A DNA stretch of 64,000 bases from Lagopus muta (GCF_023343835.1 NC_064458.1:4729829-4793828), one strand, 5' to 3'; positions 46,101-61,249 are shown, counted from the first letter of the stretch. Notes: generated by a model from the letters alone, not told the origin. Numbers and translations are program-made.

Positions 46101-46559
46101 TTGGATTTAGGAGAGTTAATCCCCAACCAGACCTGTTGGCACATGTGAAGCCTTCCGCCTGCAAAAGGCTTCATACAGGTGTTCGTTTTCGTTAGGGACT
46201 CAACGGTCTGTCCATCTACCTCGGTGCACACCAATGTGGTGGGTGGTAAAATGGCGTTTATTGCAGGGAGCGCGTCCTTTTTAAAACTTTTCCCCATGCC
46301 TTAGGGCTACTACCTGACCAATGGACATGTGGAATGTCTTGTTTCTTCCTTATTTGGTCTATCCTGTTCTTCTCCCTTATCTTCAGGTCATTTGTTGCCA
46401 TGGTTTCCCAGGGGCCGAGGGGCCCCTGTCGACCCTGTTCGACTACACACATGGAGCTGCCCAAGTATCTGAAGGGGAATTTTGAATCCCTGCACTGAAT
46501 TAGTCAGATTCTATCCAGCTGCCCTGCGGGGATATTCCCTGCTTGTCAAAATGAGAAAT

Positions 46560-46900
46560 GAAACTGACATATAGAATCACAGAATGGTTTGGGATGGAAG
46601 GGACCTTGGAGATCACCTCGTTCCAACCCCTCTGCTGCAGGCAGGGACACTTCCTTCGAGACCAGGCTGCTCACAGCCCCATCCAGCCTGGCCTGGAGCG
46701 CTTCCAGACAGACGGCATCCACCACCTCACTGGGCAACCTGTGCCAGCGTCTCACCACCCTCACAGGAAAGATTTTATTCCTAATATCTAGTTTAAGTCT
46801 AACTCACCCAGTTTAAAGCTATGTCCCCTTGTCCTGTCACTACGTGCCCTTATAAGAAGTCCCACCTCAGGTTTCCTATAGGCCCTTTCAGGATCTGCAG
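46560..46900 (-). mobile_element. CR1 3'-terminal fragment
   Basis: 'atagaatcacagaatggtttgggatggaagggaccttggagatcacctcgttccaacccc..gggcaacctgtgccagcgtctcaccaccctcacaggaaagattttattcctaatatc'. Confidence 0.8.
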
Positions 46901-49900
46901 CTCCCACATCTGTGAATGGCAGGAGGAGGAACTGGAAGGAGGAAGGTGTTGTTGGACATTTGTTTAGCTGGGGCCAGTTCAAGGAGAACAAGACAGGCTA
47001 GGCTTGGTGATGGAGCTACCATTGTACATTTCTACATAGTTTTCTGATGAAAATGATATATAAAGTTTATCAGCTTTATCTGAAGAAAACTTTGCAAACC
47101 TTACAGCAACCCCCCACACAGAGCCTTAAACTTTTCAGGAGAAACTTTCTGCAGCTGTCTGACTTGATCTCTGGCTGGTGCTGAGAGTGCCATTGGGAAC
47201 AGAGGCTGCTGCAGGTTTCAGAGGAGCCCTTCCTCTCACGCAGCAGAAGGGAAAGAGGAACGTGGGGGGAAACTCAGATTCACTCTGCTTATAACATCAC
47301 TGAGTTTTTCTGTGCCATTTCTTTCAACTCATCCAACTGCAGAGAAGAGCTAAGGGGATTTTATTTGGTTTATTTTATTACAGCTGTCCCCATAACTCTC
47401 AGAAGAGGTGTTGGGTAGCTGAAAGCCATGTGGACTCCAAGGGAAATCCTATGGGTTCCAGGAGGCAAGCTGACTGTCCCCTGGTGAAGAGTGAGGAGAG
47501 CAGTTCTGTCCATCCACCCTGTTCCCAGCTGTGCTGTGTCACACCTCTGTGAGTTGCAGGATGGTCACGCTCAGGTGTTACCTTGTTCTGGGTGCAGCAG
47601 AGACTCTGGGTCAATGTGCAGTGTAAAGAATCGTCCTTTCCTCGAGATGTCTGAGCAGGACCTCAGCTCTTCCCTCCTAGCCAGGAATACAGAGGCCTCA
47701 TTTCTGTCTGCACACAGAGAGCCATCCAGTAGCATCTACATGGCCTTAGCACTGAGGTGTGTCCTTTGTGGGTCACCTAGGCAACACAAAGATCTAGTGA
47801 GAAAGCTGCGTACTTCTGGAGAGCAGCACACAGCCCCGAAAGATGCCCCATAGACACTGCTGCATACCCTAAAGCTGGGGTGTCCCTGTATCCCAGCTCC
47901 TTACACTGCAGTATCAGGAGGACACTTGGTCATTGTTCCTTCAGGCACCGCTGCACAGCAGGACCACTGGGCTGGTGTCTGAATGATGACCAAATCCTCC
48001 CCTCCTCCCCTACTGCTTTAGTCGGTCCAAAGTGGATCACAGTGACATGCCACAGGGTTCCTGTCAAGGGAAGAGGGGCACACACAGACAGAGTGTGGGA
48101 GCTTCTCTTCTGGGCTCTGGCTGCTGTGCTGGTGATGCTTGCCTGAGACCCTATGGCTTGGGGGAGTGGGAGAGACCAGGGAAGAACTGCTCCAGAGAAA
48201 GCATCTGCATGGCAGGGCGCAGCCAGGAGGTGCCAGAATCCCCCTCCCATGGCAGTTCCTTCCCACAGCCTGTGCATCTCTGCTGCCTGCAGCCGTCCCT
48301 GATGGGAGCTGCTTCTCTGTTCCCACATTTCCTGCCTACCTGTGCTCACAGATCCCACCCTGCACTGCCTGGAGCAGGGAATCACTGACTTGGAGCAGGA
48401 TCTCCTCCTTTGTGATGGAAAAATGATGGGAACACTCCCAGAAGATCCTATAAGCAGTGGGATATGCTAACTTCAGGTGATCTCTCAACGTACTGCATCT
48501 GCCTTGCCTTCAGCCAAACTTACTGTGTGAAGAGCACTGAGGAGTTCTTCCACACAGCCTTTAACACCTCTTTCCTTCCCTGCTCTCCCTGTGCCAGCTG
48601 CAGGCCAGTCCCCAGCTCTTGGTGCAGAAGAGCTGCTCTTGGACATAGCTGTCTGTCTGCAGCACTGCTGTTTGCCAGCAGCTCCCTGCTTCTCAGAAAG
48701 CACAGCTCAGCTCAGCAGCAGAGGTACAGCCCGAGGCATCACTTTCTATGCCCCAAACCAACCTCCCTGGAGATGTCCCTGAGGCTCCAGGGCTCACAGC
48801 TCCTGAAAAGCAGCAGGGCCCCTCCTGGAGAGCTCACTTTGAAGCAAGCTGAAGGAATCGTTACCGACTCTCTCTAGCACTGCACAGACTCCCGCTGCAG
48901 GAATTGCCCTCCCAGGGTGTGCTGGTGGTATGCAGGAGGTGCCGTGTTCCCCTCTGGAATCCCTTACCCATTGTCAGGCAGCACGCCGGGGCAATGTCAG
49001 GCAGCAATCTCTTCCCTGTGCAGCGCAGGGATCTGCCTGATTCATTGTGGGCATCTCTGCTCTCATCAGTAGTTTGGAGCTGGAGAGGGATTCAGCTGCC
49101 CCTGCTGTGTACCTCACAGACACAGGAGCTGGATTCCTCTTGCCTCAGCTCAGTGTGCACAGAATGAATGTTACCTTCTTGTCTGAGCTGCTGTGCTAAT
49201 TAATAGGCTGCTATGAAGAATGTTAACTCCATCCCAGTCAAACCCCATACAATTGTGTTTGGTCAGAGTAGATGTGGCTGACCTGATCTGAGTGCAGGGA
49301 AGTGGGGAAAGAACAAAGGGCAGTGAGCAAATGAAATTGAAAAGATAGAAAAGGAAAATTCTTACTTTCTTAAGGGGAATAAATCACCAAGAATGCAGAC
49401 CAGCACTGGGTCTAGAGAAATTACTGATCACTGTGACCCTATTATCACCTTATTGTTGCTTAGAGCAGACCGTGGTGCTGACCTCCACTGCACCCCTTTG
49501 TCTAGAGTCTTAGCGAAGAGGTTAGAGAATATAACACCTAGCATCAGCCCCTGGGAAGCAAAGCAAGAATGTCCATCTGGACCTTGTGATATCAGTCATC
49601 ACACTCTGAGCCTTGATATTTGGTCATTTTCAATCAATCTCACCTGCCATTTATCTAATTTATGTTGTGTCAGCTGACTAGGAGAATGCCTAAGGAATGG
49701 TGACTGGCCCTTCAGACACTTGCTTTTGCAGGTCTTAAACATGTGACTGACATTTGCATGCTTCCAGTCTTTGGGGAACTTTCCCACTCTCTATGACATT
49801 GCAAAGAACATTGAGAGTGGCTTAACAGCAATGTCTTCCAGCTCCCTCAGCGCACATGGGTGCAGCTCACCAGAGCCCATGGATTTATAGGTGTCCTGTT

Positions 49901-50699
49901 TGTTTAACCTGATGATCCCTAGCAAGAGGAAATCTTCCTTGCTCTGGGCTTTCCTCTGGTCTCAGGGCCCTTGGATACCCAAAGTTCTGTCTTAGCAGAG
50001 AAGACTGAGTTGAGGGAGTGTGTATTTCAGGCTTTTCTGTTTAACTTGTTAACAAGACTCCTGTCCTGTCTTCGGTGAGACATTTTCCTACCCTTTCCTT
50101 TGCTCTTATGTATGTGTGAAGGTCTTCTGTTCACCCTTCAAGTCCCTTGCCAAATTCAACTAAAAATGGGCACTGGCTGTCTTAAGCTTCTCTCTGCATG
50201 CTTGATCTCCAGATCAAGCATTAACAAACACCAAAATGAATGTCACCCACAATCATTCATGTTGGTCTGCATGCTGTAATAGCTCAGCTATTTCAGTATC
50301 TATCCCAGATCCTTGTGTCTACAGAAGCACTGGGTGGGTGGAGTAGGCAAGAAGGGGTTTTGCTTGCAGCCCTCAGCATCAACTTGCCTCCATCCATTCC
50401 TTTCCTTTGAGTTCTTACCGTCAGCCTGTCAGTGATGGGATGGATACTGCCTGCATGGATCTTGTGTTTTCTTCTGCGGTAGAAGCTGTCTCTTTGAGGG
50501 CAGAATATAGTTCCTCTGCTCTGTCCTTTTAGTCCCTGTGACTTTTTAACCTGTTTCATTGCATAGCTCTCTGTCGAGTGGTTAGGACGGCTAAGGTCTC
50601 TATTCTCAGAGGGCGCTAATCCTGTAATTAGAGGATGAGGGCCATGTACTTAGGAGGAGATAATCACCTATTGAACTTACCCTCTATACTGTGGGGTGC

Positions 50700-51340
50700 T
50701 CCTCCTCCCAGCTCCTCCTGCCAGCGCGAACTGCCGAGCAATCTGCCAGTCTCTGCATGAGACCCTGTGCACACTGCGTGAAATAACCCCTGCATCAGCA
50801 TGGGAGGGGATGGTGGCTGACTGGCCCTGCGCCTTGGCAGAGAAGGACCTTAAGAACCTTAAGGACCTTGGCATCCACACGGGCAACAAGCTGACCATGA
50901 AATAGCGATGTGCTGCTTCTGCAAAGAAGAATAACAGCCTCCTGGGGGAGCAGATGAAGGGAGGTGTTTGTTCTTCTCTGCTCAGCGCTGGTAAAGCAAA
51001 TTCTGCTGAACTGTGACCAGTACAGAACTGGGCACTGCAATATGAAAAGGACGTGAATTTAGTGGGGCAAGTCCTGCAAAGGCCTTTGAATTGGACTGGG
51101 GCATCCTTTATGAGAAGGGAGGCTAAGAGAGCAGTTGCTGCTCAGCCTGGAGAAGAGAAGGCTCCAAGGGGAAGTATGTCAACGTATATAAACATCTGAT
51201 GGGAGGACCTGAGGGGGAGCCAGGCTCCTCCCAATTATGCTCAGCAACAGGTCAAGGGGCAGTGAGTTCCAGGTGAAACACATGAAGTCTCATGAGAGTT
51301 TTAGAAAAGCACTTGCTTACTGTGGACTGTTGACCAATAG
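50700..51340 (+). mobile_element. CR1 fragment (RT C-terminal region, sense)
   Basis: 'AEKDL..KDLGI.TGNKLTMK' is similar to CR1 'EKDLGVLVDNKLNMS'. '..LSLEKRRLQGE...SNRSRGSEFQVKHMK' is similar to CR1 'LFSLEKRRLRGDL...SDRTRGNGHKLKHRK'. Confidence 0.6.
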
Positions 51341-51519
51341 CAGGAAAAGCACTTGTAGTAGCACAGTGTTTATTTCCGATTACCAACCCTGTGCCATTAT
51401 GGTACTGAACAGAATATGATGGTGACCCCAGGTATGCAGTAGCTTTCTGCTACCTTTGGGTAGTAATGATTTCAGGAATTTTCTGCCATTTATAATGACC
51501 TAAACATATTTTTGTTATT

Positions 51520-51880
51520 GACCCAAAAATGAGGAATGAGAGTGTGACCCGAGACAGCCAGCACGGCTTCACCATGGTAAGGTCGTGCTTGACCAATCTG
51601 GTGGCCTGCTGTGATGGAGTGACGGCATCAGTGGACAAGGGAAAGGCAATCAATGTCATTACCTGGACTTGAGCAAGGACTTTGACACGGTCCCCCACCA
51701 CATCCTTATCTCCAAATTGGAGGGATGTGGATTTGATGGGTGGACCACCCGATGGATAAGGAATTGGTTGGAAGGCTGCAGACAGGGTGGTGATCAATGG
51801 CTCTGTGTCCAGGTGGAGGCTGGCAATGAGCAGCGTCCCCCAAGGCTCTGTCTTGGGACCGAGTTTTATAACTTTAAAAA
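51520..51880 (+). mobile_element. CR1 fragment (RT N-terminal region, sense)
   Basis: '[34 protein letters not shown]...LEGCGFDGWTTRWIRNWLEGCRQGGDQWLCVQVEAGNEQRPPRLCLGT' is similar to CR1 '[84 protein letters not shown]'. Confidence 0.8.
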
Positions 51881-54800
51881 AAGTTTTATAACTTGTTATT
51901 TGAGGATCTTCCAGAAAGCCAGAATTGTTAACAGGTAGAAACACAGCCGAATGGTTGCAGAAGATCTTGGATCTGTTCTAAATGTGTAGTGTGGCTGTAA
52001 AACAGAAGTATTACAAGTATAGCTGTTATTAAAAAATAATAATAAAATCTCATGCTATGCTATGAAGAATTTAGCTATCACATACAAGGACACTCCTGGC
52101 AAACTCAACAACTCTTCAAAGCCTGCCCAAGCAAAATTCCAGATTGGTAACAGGTCCTGTCCAGTACAAAAAAGTACAAAGTAGCCCTAGCAAGTGCATT
52201 TCAGTACATGTTCAAGTGAAGCCTTATGTCAGCAGACCGTGATACAACACAGTGCTCCTAACTGTTCATGCATGATCTTCACTTCAGGCAAAATTCTGCA
52301 CCCTTTACTCAGGCACAGCTCCCAGGAGCCAACATGGGGAGAGAAGCACAAAGGAGGAGGACCTTTTCCTTGCAAGTGGAGATCTTTGATTTCCTGGACA
52401 CATCAGCATAGATGCAATCCCACTTGGGACACAAAGCAGGCAGCTGCATGCTTTCCCATGCTCTTACCGGGGCAATGTTGTGAACTAGCTTCTGTAAGAA
52501 TGAAGAGACCTATGCAGCTGGTTCATTTTGCCTCCATGGAACACAGCAGAAATCTTTCTCAGATTTGTCTCAAGTGACTCAAAAGGGCATCAGCAGAAAA
52601 GTAGTGTCATTATAATGTTAATGTTTTTTATTTTAATATCATACTCAGTTTATTTAACGCTCAAGGGGCTGGCATCAAGAGAATGATTTTGAAAACAGTT
52701 TGAAATATTTCAATTACAAAGAAAAGAAAAATCTTATTTTTTATTTTTTAAATTTTCCTAATTCTTGCTCTCTGACTCATGACTTACAAGCTGTTACACA
52801 GGCTATGGCATTACTTTGTGCTTTATAAAAATACCTGTCTTTTCATAGCAGTGCATAAGTGGAACAGTAGTTGTTTTCTGTGCTTCTCCCTCTTCACCTT
52901 TTGGCTCAACTTGATCTATGCTACTCCCTAGACCTTCAGTATTCCCATGTCATGGTTCTGGTGAGCCAGGTGATAGCAATATTGGACATAACAGCGCATC
53001 TACTGCTACAACACCAGTCGGAAATGCAGTACTGTGATCCCACTACTGATCACTCTCTTCTTTTCTGAACTATAATCCCCAGTGGTGAATTAGTAGAACA
53101 GCTCATAAGAATAACTCCAAGCCTCCAAGCTTCATTTGTTTAATTTCCTGTGAAGACAGTTATGCTATATCACAAGTATTAGTAAAACAAAAAGGGAAAT
53201 CCCCTAGAAATGCATCTCAGTGAGATTTTAATCCCACTTTACTCATTCACAATATTCTATTAAACTCTCAGTTTTTCATAAGAAGCCACAACTTCAGATA
53301 GAGTTCTTGTGAAAAAAAGTGAGAGCATTCCAAGGTTCTGATACTGAAGCAGACTACAACGGGCTGCCGTGTGAAATTCCAGGGCTAAGACACTCACAAG
53401 CACAACCCTTCTGCAGCTGAATGTTGAAATTCCTTTATTTTCGCTGATGTCACAAGGTATTAAAAGCATTTGAGGGTTTTGTGCGTCATTTTCTCCTGTA
53501 ATGAATCCTGGCCATCTACCAACCATACATGAATCACAACCTGCAGAAGCAGGGACTAGAAGAAAAAAAAGCAAGCGTAAAGAAAAGATCCACCTCCCAT
53601 ACTATTCCTGCAGTCAGCACACCTCAGCGTTCCATACCAGCTGACACACAAGACAGCAAACGTTACACAGGAGGGCAATGCAGCTACCAGTAGCAGAACT
53701 AGTGCAATAAGCAAAGGGCACCAGAAAAAGAATGAAAAGAAAGATTACCTGAGTTTAACCTATTTTTGGTTTGAGGAGTAGTTGATATGTTTTCTCACTT
53801 TTTAAACTCCAACCATTATACAAAGCTGTATCAACACTTAGCACCTAAAGGCAAATTCACAATTTTATCACCTGGTAATGTTAGAGCATTAAGGGGACTT
53901 ATTTGCTATTAAAAAGTAGTAATAATAATAAAACTCCTAAAAGCTCTCTTTATTCTCTTCTAGTCTAAAAAGAACAAATGATAAAGGGAAAGGGAGAAAG
54001 AGGACTGGAAATTTACTTGAAGAATCTTTTTGACCCACTTAGAAATCTATAATATTAAATTACTGCTAATGCATTTTGGGTTTATCTGAACAGAAAGAAC
54101 TAAAAAAAAAAAAAGAAACACACAGTGGGTGACTCAGCATGAAGTGTTATCAATAAAATGTTTTCTTGCCCTTAGAACAATGCATTTAAAAATATTTACA
54201 TCTCAGTATCAATCGAGAAAACAATGGCTTCCTTGTTCCAAAAGAAAAAAAAGCACATACAGAAGGTAATCCACCACATTGTAGAATTTAACATAAGCCT
54301 CCATGCTGAGGAAAATAGGAGCAGGGCAGACTCTGCAACAACTTCACTTTGATACTTGCTGTAAGTACTGGAAAGCCTTGATTGCAACCATAATTCTGTT
54401 CTAAAGTGACAGCCTTATGATTCACGAATCAAGCTATGCAAGGTGTGAATTACTCTGTAAGAGCACAGCACACTCAGCTGAGCTGCTTTTAGAGCCACCA
54501 TCCAATACAGCGAGTTGTGCAAGGAACTCCGGCTGAAGTCCTCCAGAGTCCCAAAAGGACCTGGCCTCCTTGCAGGGCCATGAAATGCACAAGTCCAGAT
54601 GGCAGAAAGAGACACTGCTCAGGAAAGGTGTCACCAGGACCTACTGCACTGCTGGCTCAGCACAGCACACGTGGTACTGAAGGGAAGGTGACATGAGAAC
54701 TTGTAAGCAGCCGGGTTGGTTGTCTTGTCTGGATTTTCAGTTAGTCTTTCCAATGCTCACTTAGACATTGTCAAACTGGACTGTTTTACTCAGTTGCATG

Positions 54801-57800
54801 CAGGCCAGCTGTCATTTTTAATGCCCCTTGCAAAGGTGTGTGAAGAGAGCTGTGTTGTTCTCATGTTTCAAAATCACTAGTGACATGCTTTGCTTCTACT
54901 GGCAAATGCCCAAAGGATGGTTAGAAATAGTTTCCTGAATGGCATTTTACCTGGGTATAAAATAGCAAAGGTTTATTCACCTCTCTTTTTGAAATAGTTC
55001 TTCTCCAGAATGCCTGGTATTTGTTGGACTTCATCAGATACTGAGTGTAGAGGCACTTGGGAATAGGGAGGCCTGGGCTCCTTGCTATAATAAATACATC
55101 TCAACGGGAAATAAAAAACCTTCAGAAAAAGTCAATGAGAAAGGACATCTCAGTGAGAAGCTTCTTGTCTAAACTAGAAGACATGGAGTATGAACGGAGT
55201 TCTCCCACATATATACTCCATTGAGTAATTTGTTAGTGGGAAGAGGACGGCAGATTGCTTCCGACAAGTGTTTTCTGAGAACAAGAGGAAGAAGCATCCC
55301 ACTGAGCACACCAGGTTGTGAAAAGACAGTTGCTATAATTCTTAATTTTTTTTATCAATTTCACCTCAGGTGAACTTTCTGATCCACTGAAAATATTTGC
55401 TTTCTAAATTGATCTTCCTGTGAAACTCAGTCTTGTAGTAAAGTTTGATTGAATGTAGCTGGCACAGACCAGTGCCCAGAGCCTATGTGCACACAATTCT
55501 GAGTCCATAGGGAGATATGCAAGACAAAGAAAGTGTACATTTCCACAAAGGAACTGGAAGAATCTGTAGAATTCAGCGTAGATACCTGCTGTAAGGAAAA
55601 ATGATGCAAGTCTGAGGTGACTCATGAATGAGGTGGTGGAGAAGGGAAGTGGAGAGCAAGGTTGTCCATGCAGTTACTTGTCCAGACCTCCTTAGGAGAC
55701 AGCCTGGGAAAACTATAAAATGAAGAAAGCTTCAATCACTTCTTAGATTAACAAAAAAAGTAATTAAAAAAAACCTTAAACGTGATTAACTCTTTTTTTT
55801 TAATTATCCTAGGAAGTTTTCTCTTCATCTACAACCTTGAAACCATAATAATTAACTGGACAAGTCTGGATAACTTGAAGGAAATGCTTGTTAGGTCTTT
55901 CTGCACTGTAATGAGCCCCACTGCATGTTTGCGGAGTCTGTTAACTTCAGATACTGAGAGGAGGCTGATGTAACCACACAACGAAGGAAATGCTGAAGTG
56001 TCTTTGAGTATCAACTGGCTCCCGTGGGGGCCATTACTGACAAAAGCTCCTGAAGGTCTTTTTTGAGCAGGTAATTAGAGATCATGATTACAAGTAGGCA
56101 AAGGCCCCATGCAATGACTTTAATGTTGAGAAGAGCCCTCGGCTGATGTGATGAGACAGAATGGCTTAGCCATAGCTCCAGATCTTGGGAAGGGAGGTCC
56201 TCACATAAGGTCCAGAGCTCCTCCACAGTCAGTGGGAAGTATGGTCTGTAATGTTCTGTGAAGGAGAATGATATGACACCTCCTGGTCACCCTATGGGGT
56301 TGCAAGGCCCCAGTGTCATGACAGCATGTCCCCTCACGAGCCTCGGTAGTAGACACTACTACCATAGCCAAGTGGACAAAGACCTTGGTTCTGTAGGAGC
56401 CTTGTGGCCTTGCCAATGCTGTTTGCCATCTCCAGCAGAGGCTGTTCACCTAGAGTGCCCTCCATGTGCTCAGGAGTGCAGAGGGATGCACTGTCCTGCA
56501 GCCAGCAGCAGAGGCCAGGAATGGCGCTGCCTGCTCAGCACGGGCAGGAATGTCCCAGGGAGAAGGGCAGCAGGGCACTGGGTTTGCTGTGCTCCTCCGA
56601 TGGACAGAGCTGTCACAGGAGTGCTGCAGCTCGGCGGGACAGCACAGAACTGCAGGCTCCATCATGCTGTTGGTGTCTTCCAGGTTGTCCTGAGAATCAA
56701 TGTGGTCTCAGCTGCCAAGCATCAGACTGAGCTCTCCATGTCACTGGCCAAAGGCATGAGGGCTGCAACAAAAAACAGAGCAGAGATAAAACAACCAGCA
56801 GGGGAACTCTGCAGACCCACGCCAGCGCCATGTGTTTCTGTTCTAGGTGAGGCAGGACAAATGGATCTGATGAAGCTGCTGATCAAGAAAACTCCAAATG
56901 CATTAGAAGCACAAAATCATCTCTCTCTAAGGATTTTATGGTTCTATGATTTTTTTGTTACTTTTTTTTTCTAAACAAATTCCCTTATGCTGATTTCCTC
57001 AAGTACAAGGACCACCCGTAGCCGGATCTTTTCTTTAATGAGCAGATCTCAAAACTTAATTCTGAAAACCTTTAGTTGAAGAGCTGAAACATAGCCATCA
57101 GTGACAGGGTCACTTTTGATTAAAAAGACAGGCATTTATTTGCATGCAGTGCTAAATGTTTCTCACAGCTTGCTGGGATTCTGTAGAAACTCAATCAGAT
57201 CTAGAAGAGTTCAGCCTTTTTAACTTTGAGATATGCTATAGGGATTTTTTTTAGAGCATAGAAATTTCATTAACACGAGCAAATAGAAAAAAATACATTT
57301 TTAAGAATGTAGACCACACGTGTGAACATTATTTTGCTGTATCTTTCTGTGCATCATGTTTTCCTCTATGTGTCCAGAAATATTTTTGTGTACATGATGC
57401 TGGTATTCTAATAAGTTACTTTCAGAGCAACCTGCTCTTCTGCCAGGTTTTAAGGATCATATATGTTCACGTAAGTAATGCTGAGTCCCTCGCTAATGCA
57501 ATAAAATAAAGAACAATAGAAGAGCTACTGGAATGCCCTGCGAGGCCTGAGGTGATTATGCAGTGAGCACAGAACTGCTCAGAATCCTGAAAACTCACAC
57601 CCAAATCCTTCCATCCTTCCTCCTCTCTCAGTACCTCTCAGTAGGTACTTTGATCATGGCAATATCCTTGCAACAACAAATCAAGCTGGTGTGTCTTTTC
57701 TAACTCATTCTTTTTAAATGATTTGCCCTTTTGCCTCACATTTCCCTTGTGCTGGGGGTGAAATGCTACTTCTCCTTGTTGCATGATGTCAGCATCACAC

Positions 57801-60423
57801 TGGGGGAGAACTGGGATGAAACCTGGGTCTGGTTCTGAGAAAAGATACTGCTTCATCAGGTAGAGTAACAGGAAGCTGCTCTTGGATGCACCGATGAAGT
57901 AACAGCTCACAAACCTTCTCATTTTTTTCTTTTTTATGTAGGCTCACTTTGTCCTCTCCCTCTGTAATCAGAATGATATACTGTATGCTCCGAGTTTTTC
58001 ATAAATTCTGTTTAGAATGATTTCTCTCAGCTTCTAAGAAACTGTAGAATTTCATTTTAAGAGTACATCTCATCTACTGGGTAACCCAAAAACTGATCAT
58101 TCCAACACTAAGGAGAAATGAATCAGACAAATTCAAAAGCGCTAAAATTCTTACTTCTCTGCAAATAATACCAAGTAGCTGTATATTTACCCACTGGATT
58201 CAGAGATTTGGTTCCTTCCTTTTTTCCTAGACAGAGCATGACTTTTGACTTTTTTTTGCAACAATTTTTATGCTGTTTATCAAATCATTCTATTCCATTT
58301 GTAGGCAATCCTGAACTTGTTTCTCAGCACCCTCCGTGGTGAAATGGTGGCCTATCAGCCACCTTAGACTGAAGATGATAGGTGAGATTAAATTCTTAAA
58401 TTTCAGTCAAAGCTTTATTTTCATGGAGAGAAAAGTCATTAGACAAAGACCTGATTCATCCCTTCTCGCCTGCCTTTTCCTAACATGGCATCTGAGCAGC
58501 TAAGGTTCCTGTAGTTTTTGGAAACTAGAAATGGAGAAATGTAACGGACACATTTCTAAAGGTCTTCACTGAACATTTGATAGGATTGAAGAATCACAGG
58601 AGGGGAGACAATACATTCCCTGTTTCCGGAAGTAAAGTTATATGCAAAAAAATCAACTCTTGTCTGCATCACTAGGGAACAATTCAATTTCTGATTATAA
58701 AAGCATTTTTTTCCTTTTTTTTTTTGTTCTTTTTTTTTTTCCCCTTGAGATTTGGATAGATGCACTAACTCAAACGAACCACCTTAGAACTGCCGGTGTT
58801 TTTTGGTGTCATGGGTTATTCTTAGATAGAAGCCCGTGACGGGGGGGCACAGCCCCGGGAAGAAGAGGGAAAAAGGGTACGAATGGTTTGTCGCCAGCCG
58901 TCCGGCCCCGGGCTGCGTGCGCTCCGGGAGAGGGGGAAGGGCAGAGAGCTGGCACAACGGCAGCGATCTGAGGAAGGGTAATTTACTGAATCTAACTAAA
59001 TCAAACAAAACGAGAGAGACAGGACTCAAAAAGTGAGAGTCAAATCGCGATAGTGCGACGAAAGCACGCGCTTTCTCCGCGGCGAGCTGAGACGTTGAGC
59101 CAGGCCGGACGGAGAGGGGCAGACCTCCGGGTCCCGACCGCAGCTCCCCGCCACTTTCTCTGCCCTCCACGTCCTCCGGGGATGCCGCCCCCTCCCTTCC
59201 CATCAGGACACTCAAAGAGTCCACAAAAGGCAGCAAAAGGAACCAGAACATTCACTCGTTAACTCCCGCTGGTCCACGTGATGTTCTGATGTGGAACACT
59301 GACAACAACAAACAAATCACGAAACCACAACATCTGGGTTGGCAGAGAGCACAGTGCTTCTAAGAAGGAACCGATAAGTACTGATCAGTCTGCGAACGCA
59401 AATCATTTTGCAGGCCTCAAACATTGCAGCTTTTTAGTAGATACACACTTTGAGAGTAATGATTAACATGGTTCTGTGGGAATCAAATGTTGTTTCTGCA
59501 TTAGAATTGAATAATATATATATTTTTTTATCTCATGATCTCTGCTATCATAGTTCTTTTTGGGAGTCCTGATTTGCAGAATCAAACTCTCTAACCCACA
59601 TAAGGTTAAAGAGCAGATACGTTTATTTCAGTGCTGCTCCACACGCCGGGTGCCAGGGGGATCGCTCCTCCTAGCTTGCACACCACAGAGTGGGGTCTCG
59701 ATACATTCCTTAGCCAAGCCATACATATTCATTAGAATACGCCTGGGCTGACAAAACGGTTAGACTAAACAATAAATCTCCCTTGGGTTAGCAAAAGATT
59801 AAACAAAGCGATGCTACTTGTGACCTCTTTTGAGTTAACATAACCAGGCGATGTTATGGACCCCTTACATCTTACCTCTTGTGTTCTTTAGCTTACCATC
59901 TCAGTCCTTCTAATTAACTTGGGGAAGATCTCTGATAGTTTACATCACTTATCCTCTAGATGAACCTTTCCAGGAACGCATGCTCTGTATGTAGGTGTAT
60001 GTGTGTATATTTTGTCACACACACTGCAAAAATATCCTGCATGAGAGCAAACCAGCGAATAAGAGATGGCCTGCCCGAGGAAGCGCTTGGAGAGACATCG
60101 AAAGGCCTGGCATCATCCCTTTCCCCACCCTCCCCCCGGCTGTAAGCCTTCTGATAAGATTGTGAACCTGGAGTACCCAGCCAGTGGGGAAACAGGGGAG
60201 GGCATGCACTTGTGCGGTGCAGGTCCATCCTATGTTCCATCAGTCCCATGCAGACCATCACCAGGTGTTGTATGTGATCTGACAGCAACACTGGAACGCT
60301 TGATGGCATTTCATTCCTTCTGGTGATCCTGAAGGCTCACAGACTCACGGGCAGAAATACAGATGTTTCAGAGGTACCAGGAGGGGAAGGTCTGCTCTCC
60401 AGGGCAAGATACAGGCTGTATTT

Positions 60424-61200
60424 CTATCCTGGGTCAACACTTCCACCTGTACTGGGGCACATCCTGGCCGCCTGTACCACACCTTCTGGTCTGCGGTGCG
60501 TAACGATATCAGGCACCAAAGGAGGTGTCCTGATCTGCCACAGGGACACGATGGGGGTCCCTTTAGCGACAAAGATCGGAGTGTTGACCACAATATCAGT
60601 AGGCCATGTACCTGTTACTGGAGGGACTGCTGAGCCTCCCACCTCCAATAGTCTCCCCCAAGGTGCAAGTAGGCCACACCACTTGGGTCCTACCTGCACC
60701 TTCCAGGGCCATTTTATTTTATGGGTACCCGGATTTAAACTCTCAGGGGCAGGGAGCAGAAGATTATTTTTGTTACCAATCTGGGGTCTTACCTGATGAT
60801 CAGTGCCCGTAATTTGGATCCTAAGCGGGGTGGCCCATGTCGTCTGCAACATTCTCAGGGCACTGGGTCTGCCGTCTCGAGGTCTTTCATTCAGATCCTG
60901 CAGGGTTTCATACAGCCTTTTCGTCCACCCCTGCAGGGACTGGGAGTCTGTCTTCAGGGCAGCCTTAAGAATACCGTTATAACGTTCAATGAGGCCTGCC
61001 CCTGTTGGATTATACGGCAGGTGGAAACGCCACAATGTTATTTTCTTCTGCCCAGCACTGTATCGTTGCACCATAAAATGAGTCCCTTGGTCGCTCTCGA
61101 TGACTTGAGGTGTCCCGTAGGCAGACATCAGTTTAGTGAGTGCCTTGACGGTATATGCCTGGTTTGCTCTCGGTACTGGATAGGCCTGCAGTAAAAACCT
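60424..61200 (-). mobile_element. Retroviral-type integrase fragment (catalytic-core C-terminal half + C-terminal domain), 5'-truncated
   Basis: '..TPQVIESDQGTHFM....ITLWRFHLPYNPTGAGLIERYNGILKAALK..' contains the second D and the E of the DDE core. 'SDQG' is most like spuma/ERV-L class integrases. '..KIKWPWKVQVGPKWCGLLAPWGRL' reads like an SH3-like C-terminal domain. The upstream part of the 537-aa ORF is GC-rich read-through. Confidence 0.55.
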
Positions 61201-61249
61201 GCTGCAGACACCGCTGAGGCACTCGCACTGCACGGCCGTCTTCTTCTTC

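Noticed and set aside
50696-50905. 69-aa ORF ending '...AEKDLKNLKDLGIHTGNKLTMK*' considered as a terminal exon of a host gene
   Set aside because: It matches the CR1 RT 'EKDLGVLVDNKLNMS' block and is contiguous with further CR1 sequence at 51080-51330. It is a CR1 fragment.
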